DNA of 64,000 nucleotides from a plasmid: sequence record NZ_CP039562.1; one strand, 5' to 3'. Shown piece by piece: positions 49,528 to 61,905 of this stretch (position 1 is its first letter; each line of letters starts with the position of its first letter). The notes under the pieces were generated by a model. It saw only the letters and a program-made list of their open reading frames with translations, ran no database searches and was not told where the DNA came from. The position numbers and the translations under genes were made by a program.

Positions 49528-49817
49528 CCTTGATGGACTGGTACTGTAGATTCACCGTGGACCAGCGAATCTATTATGTGGTGAGCAGAACATTAACACA
49601 TCAATGTAACGCCGTAATCATTGAGTCTTTGCCGGGGACGCTTGACATCTCCGAAAGAATTATATCGTGAGTCTTAAGGGGAATCTCTTGCTTCCGGTTA
49701 TACATTTAACCGGATCTAGCTATAAGACTGTTACATCTATTGGGATTAGGTCAGGACAGATAGCCTGAAAGCTTTTATAGTGAGGGACTTCAGAAATACC
49801 CTAGAAAAGGAACTGTT

Positions 49818-52493
49818 ATGGTAGGTTCGCGCTGGTATAAATTTGATTTTCATAACCATACTCCGGCTTCGCATGATTACAAAATTCCTGACATCAGCCC
49901 CAGAGAGTGGCTTCTGGCTTATATGAAACAGCATGTCGATTGTGTTGTAATCAGCGATCATAACAGCGGAGCCTGGGTCGACGTGTTGAAGGGTGAGCTG
50001 GAGAATATGTCCCGGGACGCCAGCACCGGCGACCTGCCGGAATTTCGGCCACTGACACTCTTTCCGGGGGTTGAACTGACAGCGACCGGTAACGTACATA
50101 TTCTGGCTGTGCTGCACACGCACAGTACAAGTGCCGATGTGGAAAGGCTTCTGGCCCAGTGCAATAATAATAGCCCCATTCCGAGTGAAGTCCCTAACCA
50201 TCAGCTCGTTCTTCAACTGGGCCCCGCCGGCATCATCAGTAATATCCGCCGTAATCCGAAGGCTGTTTGTATTCTTGCGCACATTGATGCAGCCAAAGGT
50301 GTCTTAAGTCTGACTAATCAGGCAGAGCTCACCGCAGCCTTTCAGGAAAGTCCCCATGCCGTTGAGATTCGACACCGGGTGGAGGATATCACCGACGGAA
50401 CCCGCCGGCGGCTGATTGATAATTTACCGTGGCTACGGGGCTCTGATGCGCACCATCCTGAACAAGCCGGCATGCGAACCTGCTGGCTGAAAATGTCATC
50501 CCCTGATTTTGACGGACTCAGGCATGCACTGCTCGATCCGGAAAACTGTGTGCTGTTTGATCAGCTCCCTCCGGAGGAACCTGCGTCATATTTGCGCAGC
50601 CTGAAATTCAGAACCCGCCACTGCCATCCTGTGGGTCAGGATTCGGCCTCGGTGGAATTCAGCCCGTTCTATAACGCTGTAATCGGCTCAAGAGGCAGCG
50701 GGAAGTCCACGCTCATTGAAAGCATTCGTCTTGCAATGCGCAAAACAGAAGGTCTCACTGCGACCCAGGGGAGTAAGCTGGACCAGTTCATTCGGACGGG
50801 GATGGAAGCGGATTCCTTCATCGAATGTATTTTCCACAAAGAAGGCACAGATTTCCGGCTCAGTTGGCGACCAGACAGTAAGCATGAATTACATATCTTC
50901 AGTGACGGAGAATGGATGCCTGACAGTCACTGGTCGGCTGACCGTTTTCCACTCTCGATTTACAGCCAGAAAATGCTCTATGAGCTGGCTTCGGATACTG
51001 GTGCATTCCTGCGCGTCTGTGATGAGAGCCCGGTGGTTAACAAACGGGCCTGGAAAGAGCGCTGGGATCAGCTGGAAAGGGAATATCTGAATGAACAAAT
51101 CACGTTGCGGGGCCTGCGTGCCAGACAGGGAAGTGCGGATTCGCTGCGGGGGGAATTATCGGATGCTGAACGTGCCGTCAGTCAGCTGCAGTCAAGCGCC
51201 TATTATCCGGTTTGCAGACAGCTGGCCCTCGCCAGAAACGAGCTGTCCGCAGCAACCTTACCCCTGGAGCACTTTGAGCGGCGTATTGCAGCCATTCAGG
51301 CTCTGGCAGAAGAACCGCTGCAGAGATCCGATATCCCGCCGGAACCTTCCGGTCTGCTGATGGCATTTATGGCGCGCCTGTCATCTGTGCAACAGCAGTA
51401 TGACCAGCGGCTCAATACTCTCCTGGCAGAATATGCTGCAGAGCTCGCGGGTATCAGGAGAGAGCAATCTTTTATTGCCCTCCGAACAGCAGTGAGTGAC
51501 CAGGAAACAAATGTAGAAAGTGAAGCTGTTTCCCTGCGGGCCAGAGGGCTTAATCCCGATGTTCTCAACGAACTGATGGCACGCTGTGAGTCACTGAAAA
51601 ATGAGCTGAGAAATTACGACGGTCTTGATGGGGCGATCTCTGCCTCTGTTGCACGGTCTGAGCAGTTGCTGGCTGAAATGCGTGCCCACAGAATGGCATT
51701 GACAGATAACCGGAAGGCGTTTCTCTCCTCCCTGTCGCTCAGCGCTCTGGAAATCAAAATTCTTCCCCTCTGCGCCCCTTATGAAGATGTTATATCTGGT
51801 TACCAGACGGTTACCGGCATCAGTAATTTTGCCGAACGTATCTACGATAACAGTGACGGGAGCGGATTACTGAGCGACTTTATCAGTGAACGTCCGTTCA
51901 GCCCGTTGCCTGCCGCAACAGAGAAAAAATACAGGGCGCTGGACGAGCTGAAAGCGCTGCATCACAGCATCCGGCTGGATAATTCAGAGGCTGGGGCGGG
52001 GCTTCATGGTTCTTTCCGGAATCGTCTCAGGAGTCTGAATGACCAGCAGCTGGATGCCCTGCAATGCTGGTATCCTGATGACGGCATCCACATACGTTAC
52101 CAGACCCCCGGGGGGCAGATGGAAGACATTGCCTTTGCTTCTCCGGGGCAAAAGGGAGCGAGTATGCTGCAGTTCCTCTTATCCTATGGCACCGATCCTC
52201 TACTACTGGATCAACCGGAGGATGACCTGGACTGCCTGATGCTGAGCATGAGCGTGATCCCTGCCATCATGTCGAACAAGAAACGCCGGCAGCTGATTAT
52301 CGTGTCGCACTCTGCCCCTATAGTGGTTAACGGCGATGCAGAATATGTTATCAGTATGCAGCACGATCGCACAGGCCTGTATCCAGGACTCTGCGGTGCA
52401 CTGCAGGAAGCTCCGATGAAGGCACTGATATGCCGTCAAATGGAGGGGGGAGAAAAAGCGTTTCGTTCGCGCTATGAGCGTATTCTTAGCTGA
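49818..52493 (+). CDS. PHP-domain phosphoesterase fused to a Rad50/SMC-like ABC ATPase (Ppl-like)
   Basis: PHP motifs FHNHT, SDHN, GSDAHH at the N-terminus. Walker A motif GSRGSGKST, a long coiled-coil middle section, Walker B/D-loop LLLDQPEDDLD and SHS near the C-terminus. AAGGA ribosome-binding site. Confidence 0.55.
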   Translation: MVGSRWYKFDFHNHTPASHDYKIPDISPREWLLAYMKQHVDCVVISDHNSGAWVDVLKGELENMSRDASTGDLPEFRPLTLFPGVELTATGNVHILAVLHTHSTSADVERLLAQCNNNSPIPSEVPNHQLVLQLGPAGIISNIRRNPKAVCILAHIDAAKGVLSLTNQAELTAAFQESPHAVEIRHRVEDITDGTRRRLIDNLPWLRGSDAHHPEQAGMRTCWLKMSSPDFDGLRHALLDPENCVLFDQLPPEEPASYLRSLKFRTRHCHPVGQDSASVEFSPFYNAVIGSRGSGKSTLIESIRLAMRKTEGLTATQGSKLDQFIRTGMEADSFIECIFHKEGTDFRLSWRPDSKHELHIFSDGEWMPDSHWSADRFPLSIYSQKMLYELASDTGAFLRVCDESPVVNKRAWKERWDQLEREYLNEQITLRGLRARQGSADSLRGELSDAERAVSQLQSSAYYPVCRQLALARNELSAATLPLEHFERRIAAIQALAEEPLQRSDIPPEPSGLLMAFMARLSSVQQQYDQRLNTLLAEYAAELAGIRREQSFIALRTAVSDQETNVESEAVSLRARGLNPDVLNELMARCESLKNELRNYDGLDGAISASVARSEQLLAEMRAHRMALTDNRKAFLSSLSLSALEIKILPLCAPYEDVISGYQTVTGISNFAERIYDNSDGSGLLSDFISERPFSPLPAATEKKYRALDELKALHHSIRLDNSEAGAGLHGSFRNRLRSLNDQQLDALQCWYPDDGIHIRYQTPGGQMEDIAFASPGQKGASMLQFLLSYGTDPLLLDQPEDDLDCLMLSMSVIPAIMSNKKRRQLIIVSHSAPIVVNGDAEYVISMQHDRTGLYPGLCGALQEAPMKALICRQMEGGEKAFRSRYERILS

Positions 52494-52664
52494 AGAACGG
52501 AACCGTCCTTAAGGCGGCCACGACCGGAGAGTGGGCCTGGCGGCTGAATGCCTGGATAAAAGACGCAAATGTCAGACTGATGGCCTCTGCGTCTTTGTCA
52601 GCGCCAGTGATATAAGACGGTAATGGGGATGCGGACGATTTCCTGGACTCTCAGGAGATGAAAC

Positions 52665-52832
52665 ATGTTTACTGAAAAACAAAAAATCCGCGCCATTGAG
52701 CTTTTTTGTCGGGATAAAACGGAAAGCCGCTGGCCAGCCAGCTGTTGTTTACTCGTCACGCGACAGGCAAGCCTGTTCAAAAAACAGGCTTGCCGTACAA
52801 TAATTCTCTATATCCAAACTGACCCCTTATAG
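52665..52832 (+). CDS. possible small ORF (55 aa)
   Basis: AGGAG ribosome-binding site 7 nt upstream of the ATG. MFTEKQKIRAIELF... faintly resembles an IS3-family OrfA N-terminus. Contains a perfect hairpin. Confidence 0.2.
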   Translation: MFTEKQKIRAIELFCRDKTESRWPASCCLLVTRQASLFKKQACRTIILYIQTDPL

Positions 52833-53003
52833 AGAGCCTGACAGAGGCTGCCATGATATGGGCACATCAAGAATGACAATCCACACTCGTGTTGTTCTAT
52901 CTGCTCAACCAGCAAGATATCATTGCGATGACTGTCCATCAGTAAGCGTCCCGGTTCCGGGCGGTCTAGTTTTGTGCCACTGATGTTCTCCCCGCAGTGG
53001 TTT

Positions 53004-53888
53004 CTAACCATAGTATCTGTGGTAACTTTCACGTGCTTTTTCAAAAAGTTGGCATAGTACTTTACTGTTTTTTTGAGTCCAACTTTTTAATACATCCAGA
53101 TGAATATAGAAAGATGTCTCATCACCTGTTGCTATCAGTACTGAAAAATTTCTCAAGGAGATTGAACATGTGAATAATACATGTCTGAATAAAATATTTT
53201 CTTCTGAATTTGCTTTATGACAAAACGCTATGACAGAACCTGGTAAAAATGTAATATTTCGCATTGTATGATTCAGATCAGATAATAATAAACTCGAAAT
53301 CGGATAAATGCCGGAGTTTTCTATATATCCCCTTCCATGCAATTCAAAATCATATGGTATATATTTATCTTTAGTTTCCATATATTCAACAGAGACTATT
53401 TTTGAAGGTGGGATGACCCCATTAAAGATATACCAGGTATCTTCTTTTGTGTTACCTTTTCGCATAATTTTACTTATCTGCTCATCGGTCATCCCCCTTG
53501 CCCCCTCAACCCCCATTGCACCTACGTACTTAACATAAGCTTTAGGTTGTCCAAGGTCACGCATTAGCTTTTTATATGAGCAAAATCCAGGCTGCTTTTT
53601 TATCCATTCAGTATCTATTTTTAACCTTATTAACTTTTTATTATGTGTTCCATTTATAGACGTAGACTCAGATATATTACCGACTCTTCGCATAAATGAT
53701 TTTTCTGATTCACTTAATTTTTCAGTACCGTTACATAATCCGTGACCATATGGTAATGGAGATGTCGTTAACCATACTTTATTATACAAAATTGTTCCAT
53801 CATACAACGTTAGATATCCTTCTCTCAGGCCTTCAGATGCAAGTATGGAATGCAACATAGGAATTGCTGTAAAGTGATATAAATCCAT
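53004..53888 (-). CDS. hypothetical protein, strongly AT-rich gene
   Basis: 294-aa ORF whose base composition is much lower in GC than its neighbours. Its start lies 36 bp from the Tn1721 IR. Confidence 0.45.
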   Translation of the reverse strand: MDLYHFTAIPMLHSILASEGLREGYLTLYDGTILYNKVWLTTSPLPYGHGLCNGTEKLSESEKSFMRRVGNISESTSINGTHNKKLIRLKIDTEWIKKQPGFCSYKKLMRDLGQPKAYVKYVGAMGVEGARGMTDEQISKIMRKGNTKEDTWYIFNGVIPPSKIVSVEYMETKDKYIPYDFELHGRGYIENSGIYPISSLLLSDLNHTMRNITFLPGSVIAFCHKANSEENILFRHVLFTCSISLRNFSVLIATGDETSFYIHLDVLKSWTQKNSKVLCQLFEKARESYHRYYG

Positions 53889-53923
53889 AAATAACCCTAT
53901 TCTGTCTATTTATATTCATTTTA

Positions 53924-53961
53924 GGGGAGCCCGCAGAATTCGGAAAAAATCGTACGCTAAG
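53924..53961. repeat. Tn1721/Tn1722 38-bp terminal inverted repeat
   Basis: GGGGAGCCCGCAGAATTCGGAAAAAATCGTACGCTAAG. Confidence 0.85.
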
Positions 53962-55473
53962 GTTTTCCGGGCATCCGTAAGGGCCGAAACTTCCCGTCTT
54001 CCAGTCTGCGGCTCTGCCGCCAGACGTAATCGCCGGTTAGGTTGATGTGCTCCCAGCCCAGCGGCGACAGGAATTGCAGCAGCTCGCCGTCCACCGGCTT
54101 GCCGGCCTCGACCAACCCCTGGGTGGCGCGTTCCAGGTACACCGTGTTCCACAGCACGATAGCCGCCGTCACCAGGTTGAGGCCGCTGGCCCGGTAGCGC
54201 TGCTGCTCGAAGCTCCGATCCCTGATTTCCCCAAGGCGGTTGAAGAACACCGCCCTGGCCAGCGAGTTGCGCGCCTCACCTTTGTTCAGGCCGGCATGCA
54301 CGCGGCGGCGCAGTTCAACACTTTGCAGCCAGTCCAGGATGAACAGCGTGCGCTCGATCCGGCCCAGCTCGCGCAGGGCCACGGCCAGTCCGTTCTGGCG
54401 CGGGTAGCTGCCGAGCTTGCGCAGCATCAGCGAGGCGGTGACGGTGCCCTGCTTGATCGAGCTGGCCAGGCGCAGGATGTCGTCCCAGTGGGCACGCACG
54501 TGCTTGATGTTCAGGGTGCCGCCGATCAGCGGGCGCAACGTCGGGTAGGCTTGCACGCCCTGCGGCACGTACAGCTTGGTTTCGCCGAGGTCGCGGATGC
54601 GCGGCGCGAAGCGGAAGCCTAGCAGGTGCATCAGGGCAAAGACGTGATCGGTGAAGCCGGCCGTGTCGGTGTAGTGCTCCTCGATCCGCAGGTCGGACTC
54701 GTGGTACAGCAGGCCGTCGAGCACATAGGTGGAATCGCGGACGCCGACATTCACCACGCGGGTGCTGAACGGCGCGTACTGGTCGGAGATATGGGTATAG
54801 AACAGCCGTCCCGGCTCGCTACCGTACTTCGGGTTGACGTGCCCGGTGCTCTCGCCCCGGCCACCCGCGCGGAAGCGCTGGCCATCGGAGGATGAGGTCG
54901 TGCCGTCGCCCCAGTGGGCGGCAAAGGCGTGGCGATACTGGTGGTTGACCAGCTCGGCCAAGGCCGCCGAATAGGTTTCGTCGCGGATGTGCCAGGCTTG
55001 CAGCCAGGACAGCTTGGCGTAGGTCAGGCCGGGGCTCGACTCGGCCATCTTGGTCAGCCCGAGGTTGATCGCATCACCGAGGATTGCGGACAGCAGCAAC
55101 GTCCTGTCTTTGGCCTCGGCCCCGTCCTTCAAGTGGGTGAAGTGGCGGCTGAAGCCCGTCCAGTCGTCCACGTCCATCAGCAGTTCGGTGATCTTGATGC
55201 GCGGCAGTAACTGGCTGGTTTGGTCGATCAGCGCCTGCGCCCGATCCGGCACCGCCGCATCCAGCGGGGTGATTTTCAGCCCTGACTCGGTGAGGATGGC
55301 ATCGGGCAGCTCGTTGTCCTTGGCCAGGCGGGTGACGGTGGCCAACTGCTCGTCCAGCAGCTGCAAACGCTCTTCCAGGTACTGGTCGCTGTTCGGGTTG
55401 ATCGCCAGGGGCAGGGCCTGCTCGCGCTTGAGTGCGGCGAACTTCTCGGCCGGCAGCAGGTAGTCGTCGAAGT
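53957..55473 (-). pseudogene. tnpA: Tn1721 tnpA, 3' portion, truncated by IS26
   Basis: Tn3-family TnpA C-terminal about 500 aa. It ends in the IR, and the upstream part is replaced by IS26 at 55474. Confidence 0.8.
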
Positions 55474-56293
55474 GGCACTGTTGCAAATAGTCGGTGGTGA
55501 TAAACTTATCATCCCCTTTTGCTGATGGAGCTGCACATGAACCCATTCAAAGGCCGGCATTTTCAGCGTGACATCATTCTGTGGGCCGTACGCTGGTACT
55601 GCAAATACGGCATCAGTTACCGTGAGCTGCAGGAGATGCTGGCTGAACGCGGAGTGAATGTCGATCACTCCACGATTTACCGCTGGGTTCAGCGTTATGC
55701 GCCTGAAATGGAAAAACGGCTGCGCTGGTACTGGCGTAACCCTTCCGATCTTTGCCCGTGGCACATGGATGAAACCTACGTGAAGGTCAATGGCCGCTGG
55801 GCGTATCTGTACCGGGCCGTCGACAGCCGGGGCCGCACTGTCGATTTTTATCTCTCCTCCCGTCGTAACAGCAAAGCTGCATACCGGTTTCTGGGTAAAA
55901 TCCTCAACAACGTGAAGAAGTGGCAGATCCCGCGATTCATCAACACGGATAAAGCGCCCGCCAATGGTCGCGCGCTTGCTCTGCTCAAACGCGAAGGCCG
56001 GTGCCCGTCTGACGTTGAACACCGACAGATTAAGTACCGGAACAACGTGATTGAATGCGATCATGGCAAACTGAAACGGATAATCGGCGCCACGCTGGGA
56101 TTTAAATCCATGAAGACGGCTTACGCCACCATCAAAGGTATTGAGGTGATGCGTGCACTACGCAAAGGCCAGGCCTCAGCATTTTATTATGGTGATCCCC
56201 TGGGCGAAATGCGCCTGGTAAGCAGAGTTTTTGAAATGTAAGGCCTTTGAATAAGACAAAAGGCTGCCTCATCGCTAACTTTGCAACAGTGCC
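55474..56293 (+). mobile_element. tnpA: IS26 copy 4
   Basis: 820 bp with inverted repeats. tnp26 at 55537–56241, with an A-to-N substitution (APANGRAL) relative to the other copies. Confidence 0.95.
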
Positions 56294-56384
56294 TTCTGAA
56301 ACGAAATTACAGATTACGGTTAAAATATAAAAAAAAGCCACCAATCCTGCCGGATACGGTGGCTTAAATACAGAATTAATTAAT

Positions 56385-57026
56385 TTATTTCAGTATGTTA
56401 TCACACATCAGCTGAAGTGTATTGATAAACCTTGCTGCATGAAAACCATCACAGACTGCATGATGAACCTGTACAGAAACAGGTAATAGTACGCGGTCAC
56501 CTTCCTGCTGAAACTTTGCCATTGTAAAAACCGGGGAAAAATAATCATCATTTCCGGTGATATTCAGATTAAATCCGTCAAAACTCACCCAGGGTAACGA
56601 TGATATATTCAGGTGATTCTCCGGTAAATTTCCCTGCGGAAACAACCTGGTATCATGCTGATATTCTGCTGTTACCGCGTTATAACCCGCCATAAACTCA
56701 CTGAGATCCGGAAAATAACGGCAGGACAGTGCGGAGAATGTTTCGGTTTCTTTATGAAAGACAGTAAAGACCGGGTCTGACTGTTCCCAGTAAATCAGTT
56801 CATTATCTTTCATTGCCATCCGGAACTCCGGAAACTGATTAACAGCCCGGGAGATCAGGTAAATCATCAGCGGATAAAACTTATAACCGGTTTTCGCCAG
56901 TGCAGTACGCAAAGCGGTAATATCGAGTTTGGTGGTCAGGCTGAATCCGCATTTAATCTGCTGACGATAAAGGGCAAAATGTTCCCTGCGATTCCAGGTA
57001 TTCAGGTCAATCCGGGTAAAATTCAT
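56385..57026 (-). CDS. catA2: chloramphenicol acetyltransferase CatA2
   Basis: MNFTRIDLNTWNRREHFALYRQQIKCGFSLTTKLDITALRTALAKTGYKFYP..., 213 aa, matching CatA2 rather than CatA1. Confidence 0.9.
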   Translation of the reverse strand: MNFTRIDLNTWNRREHFALYRQQIKCGFSLTTKLDITALRTALAKTGYKFYPLMIYLISRAVNQFPEFRMAMKDNELIYWEQSDPVFTVFHKETETFSALSCRYFPDLSEFMAGYNAVTAEYQHDTRLFPQGNLPENHLNISSLPWVSFDGFNLNITGNDDYFSPVFTMAKFQQEGDRVLLPVSVQVHHAVCDGFHAARFINTLQLMCDNILK

Positions 57027-57058
57027 GGTTATTCCTTCTGATTAATAGTGAAAAATAT

Positions 57059-57878
57059 GGCACTGTTGCAAATAGTCGGTGGTGATAAACTTATCATCCC
57101 CTTTTGCTGATGGAGCTGCACATGAACCCATTCAAAGGCCGGCATTTTCAGCGTGACATCATTCTGTGGGCCGTACGCTGGTACTGCAAATACGGCATCA
57201 GTTACCGTGAGCTGCAGGAGATGCTGGCTGAACGCGGAGTGAATGTCGATCACTCCACGATTTACCGCTGGGTTCAGCGTTATGCGCCTGAAATGGAAAA
57301 ACGGCTGCGCTGGTACTGGCGTAACCCTTCCGATCTTTGCCCGTGGCACATGGATGAAACCTACGTGAAGGTCAATGGCCGCTGGGCGTATCTGTACCGG
57401 GCCGTCGACAGCCGGGGCCGCACTGTCGATTTTTATCTCTCCTCCCGTCGTAACAGCAAAGCTGCATACCGGTTTCTGGGTAAAATCCTCAACAACGTGA
57501 AGAAGTGGCAGATCCCACGATTCATCAACACGGATAAAGCGCCCGCCTATGGTCGCGCGCTTGCTCTGCTCAAACGCGAAGGCCGGTGCCCGTCTGACGT
57601 TGAACACCGACAGATTAAGTACCGGAACAACGTGATTGAATGCGATCATGGCAAACTGAAACGGATAATCAACGCCACGCTGGGATTTAAATCCATGAAG
57701 ACGGCTTACGCCACCATCAAAGGTATTGAGGTGATGCGTGCACTACGCAAAGGCCAGGCCTCAGCATTTTATTATGGTGATCCCCTGGGCGAAATGCGCC
57801 TGGTAAGCAGAGTTTTTGAAATGTAAGGCCTTTGAATAAGACAAAAGGCTGCCTCATCGCTAACTTTGCAACAGTGCC
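57059..57878 (+). mobile_element. tnpA: IS26 copy 5
   Basis: 820 bp with inverted repeats. tnp26 at 57122–57826. Confidence 0.95.
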
Positions 57879-59299
<1,421 letters not shown>

Positions 59300-59494
59300 T
59301 AGCGGAAACGGAATGGGGAAACTCATTCCGTTTTTGTTTATCGCCTTAGACGGCAAAAGTGCTGTCGCCCACCTGCGCTTGCGCATACCAGGCCATAAGC
59401 TCCGTGGTTCCTGGTTCTCCTTCCGCTGGAGCCCAGTGCGCATAGTCATCGGCAGCCACGGGTTGATAGCCACCGTGTTTTACTTCAAAAATTA
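59300..59494 (+). pseudogene. orf477 remnant downstream of blaCTX-M, cut by IS26
   Basis: The usual position of orf477 after blaCTX-M-15. Confidence 0.5.
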
Positions 59495-60314
59495 GGCACT
59501 GTTGCAAAGTTAGCGATGAGGCAGCCTTTTGTCTTATTCAAAGGCCTTACATTTCAAAAACTCTGCTTACCAGGCGCATTTCGCCCAGGGGATCACCATA
59601 ATAAAATGCTGAGGCCTGGCCTTTGCGTAGTGCACGCATCACCTCAATACCTTTGATGGTGGCGTAAGCCGTCTTCATGGATTTAAATCCCAGCGTGGCG
59701 TTGATTATCCGTTTCAGTTTGCCATGATCGCATTCAATCACGTTGTTCCGGTACTTAATCTGTCGGTGTTCAACGTCAGACGGGCACCGGCCTTCGCGTT
59801 TGAGCAGAGCAAGCGCGCGACCATAGGCGGGCGCTTTATCCGTGTTGATGAATCGTGGGATCTGCCACTTCTTCACGTTGTTGAGGATTTTACCCAGAAA
59901 CCGGTATGCAGCTTTGCTGTTACGACGGGAGGAGAGATAAAAATCGACAGTGCGGCCCCGGCTGTCGACGGCCCGGTACAGATACGCCCAGCGGCCATTG
60001 ACCTTCACGTAGGTTTCATCCATGTGCCACGGGCAAAGATCGGAAGGGTTACGCCAGTACCAGCGCAGCCGTTTTTCCATTTCAGGCGCATAACGCTGAA
60101 CCCAGCGGTAAATCGTGGAGTGATCGACATTCACTCCGCGTTCAGCCAGCATCTCCTGCAGCTCACGGTAACTGATGCCGTATTTGCAGTACCAGCGTAC
60201 GGCCCACAGAATGATGTCACGCTGAAAATGCCGGCCTTTGAATGGGTTCATGTGCAGCTCCATCAGCAAAAGGGGATGATAAGTTTATCACCACCGACTA
60301 TTTGCAACAGTGCC
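59495..60314 (-). mobile_element. tnpA: IS26 copy 6
   Basis: 820 bp with inverted repeats. tnp26 at 59547–60251 on the minus strand. Confidence 0.95.
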
Positions 60315-60631
60315 CTATCGACACAACAACGGCCGCTGGCAAGCTTGTCTTCGGTATCTTTGCCGCACTGGCGGAGTTTGAGCGCGAACTGATTGCTGAA
60401 AGAACGACTGCAGGTCTGGCATCAGCAAGAGCCCGTGGGCGGAACGGCGGCCGACCTTATAAAATGACGCCAGTCAAACTGCGACTGGCAATGGCATCAA
60501 TGGGACAATCAGAAACAAAGGTCAGTACGCTATGCCAGGAACTTGGGATAACCCGGCAAACTTTGTACAGGCATATTTCCCCTGTTGGTCAACTGCGGGC
60601 GGACGGGATCAAGCTGCTCAACCGTGGATAA
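60315..60631 (+). pseudogene. tnpR: Tn3-family resolvase (tnpR) C-terminal fragment
   Basis: Serine recombinase C-terminal HTH (GRPYKMTPVKLRLA...TLYRH). 5' end removed by IS26. Confidence 0.6.
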
Positions 60632-60949
60632 TTTGAACGGACGGAAAAATCTGGGGTTCCGGCGTAGTACCCCTATCACCTCCACATTTTTGCAACAGTG
60701 CCTTATAAATGGCAGCCTTATGTTTACTTGCCAAGATGGGCTACCATATGATGTTTTATACTGAGCAATATTAATATTATCTTTAATGGAAAAATTAAGC
60801 CCACTAAGTGACCCACTGCTATATGGCTCTATTGTGAAGACGCCTGAGGGTAAAAATTTATACATGGTTGTCCCTATGTCTATTATTGCAAGGTTGACAA
60901 TATTATTCGTTTTATAAATTTGAGCGTTTAAAATCACACATCAAAGCAA

Positions 60950-61606
60950 TTAGTCAGGATAAACAACAATACCCAGTGCTTCGAGAATCAGTTCTTGCTG
61001 CCAGGCTGCAATTTTGATACCTGATGTATCGACTTTGCGGGGATCTAAACCGTCGAGTTCGGCGTGGCATAAATTGGCACCCTGTAGGCTAAATTGCCCC
61101 CAGACATCTTCGGAAAAAACACCTCGACTTAAGTCTGACTCTTTCAGTGATGCACCCGCTAGGTTCGTTCCTATCCAGCGATTTTCAAACAACTCACATT
61201 TTTCTAAACAAACCCTCTCCATATTGGCATAGGAAAGATTACATCCAGAAATAAATGCTGAGCAAAAGTACATACGATTACTCACTTGATGGGCAAAGTT
61301 TGTTCGGGAAAAGTTGGCACCTTTTAAATCACACGCACGGAACTCTATACCGTAGCAATTGGCATTACTGAAGTTTGCCATCGCAAGTTGGCATTGTTGG
61401 AAACTTGCATCACGAAGATCTGCGACATCAAAGTGGCAGCCTTCGATATCACCCTGTTCAATGAACTTGCAGTTGACGAATGTCGTATCACGCAAGTTAG
61501 CACGTCGAAAGTCGCTGCGAATGAATGTGCAAGCGGTGAAGGTGAGATCACTTAAGTCTTTATGTGAAAAGTTGTGGTGCCGATATGTATGATTGTAGGT
61601 TTCCAT
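60950..61606 (-). CDS. qnrS1: pentapeptide-repeat quinolone resistance protein QnrS1
   Basis: METYNHTYRHHNFSHKDLSDLTFTACTFIRSDFRRANLRDTTFVNCKFIEQGD..., 218 aa. Confidence 0.9.
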   Translation of the reverse strand: METYNHTYRHHNFSHKDLSDLTFTACTFIRSDFRRANLRDTTFVNCKFIEQGDIEGCHFDVADLRDASFQQCQLAMANFSNANCYGIEFRACDLKGANFSRTNFAHQVSNRMYFCSAFISGCNLSYANMERVCLEKCELFENRWIGTNLAGASLKESDLSRGVFSEDVWGQFSLQGANLCHAELDGLDPRKVDTSGIKIAAWQQELILEALGIVVYPD

Positions 61607-61905
61607 GAGTACTCCTTGTTGAAAGGAGGGCTAGACTACCATTATACATATGCCAAGACATTAAAATAAAAGCCTGTTACATCAACACATTACAACCCCT
61701 CAATTTACCTGTTTTAAGTGGTCAAATTGGCGCGTAGAGCGCCTATCGCTCTTGCATTGGCACGCGGCCCTGTTGAAAAAAGTTATTCGCTTTAGATAGG
61801 GTTAGGAGAGCCGTGCTTCGCCGGTAAAAAATCGGACTATCCGACGCAGGGCGGACTCATCGGCGGAGAAGCAAACTTTGACTATATCTCCCTACACTTG
61901 GAAGA

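Noticed and set aside
52763-52795. Perfect hairpin GGCAAGCCTGTT-caaaaaa-CAGGCTTGCC considered as the terminator of the Ppl-like gene.
   Set aside because: It lies 270 bp past the stop and has no following T-run. It lies inside a possible small ORF, so it is not a convincing intrinsic terminator.
55537-56241. Single amino-acid difference (APANGRAL instead of APAYGRAL) in the Tnp26 of IS26 copy 4, considered as a notable variant.
   Set aside because: A point difference in one of six copies. It could be a real variant or a sequencing error and has no structural signal. Mentioned only in the feature evidence.
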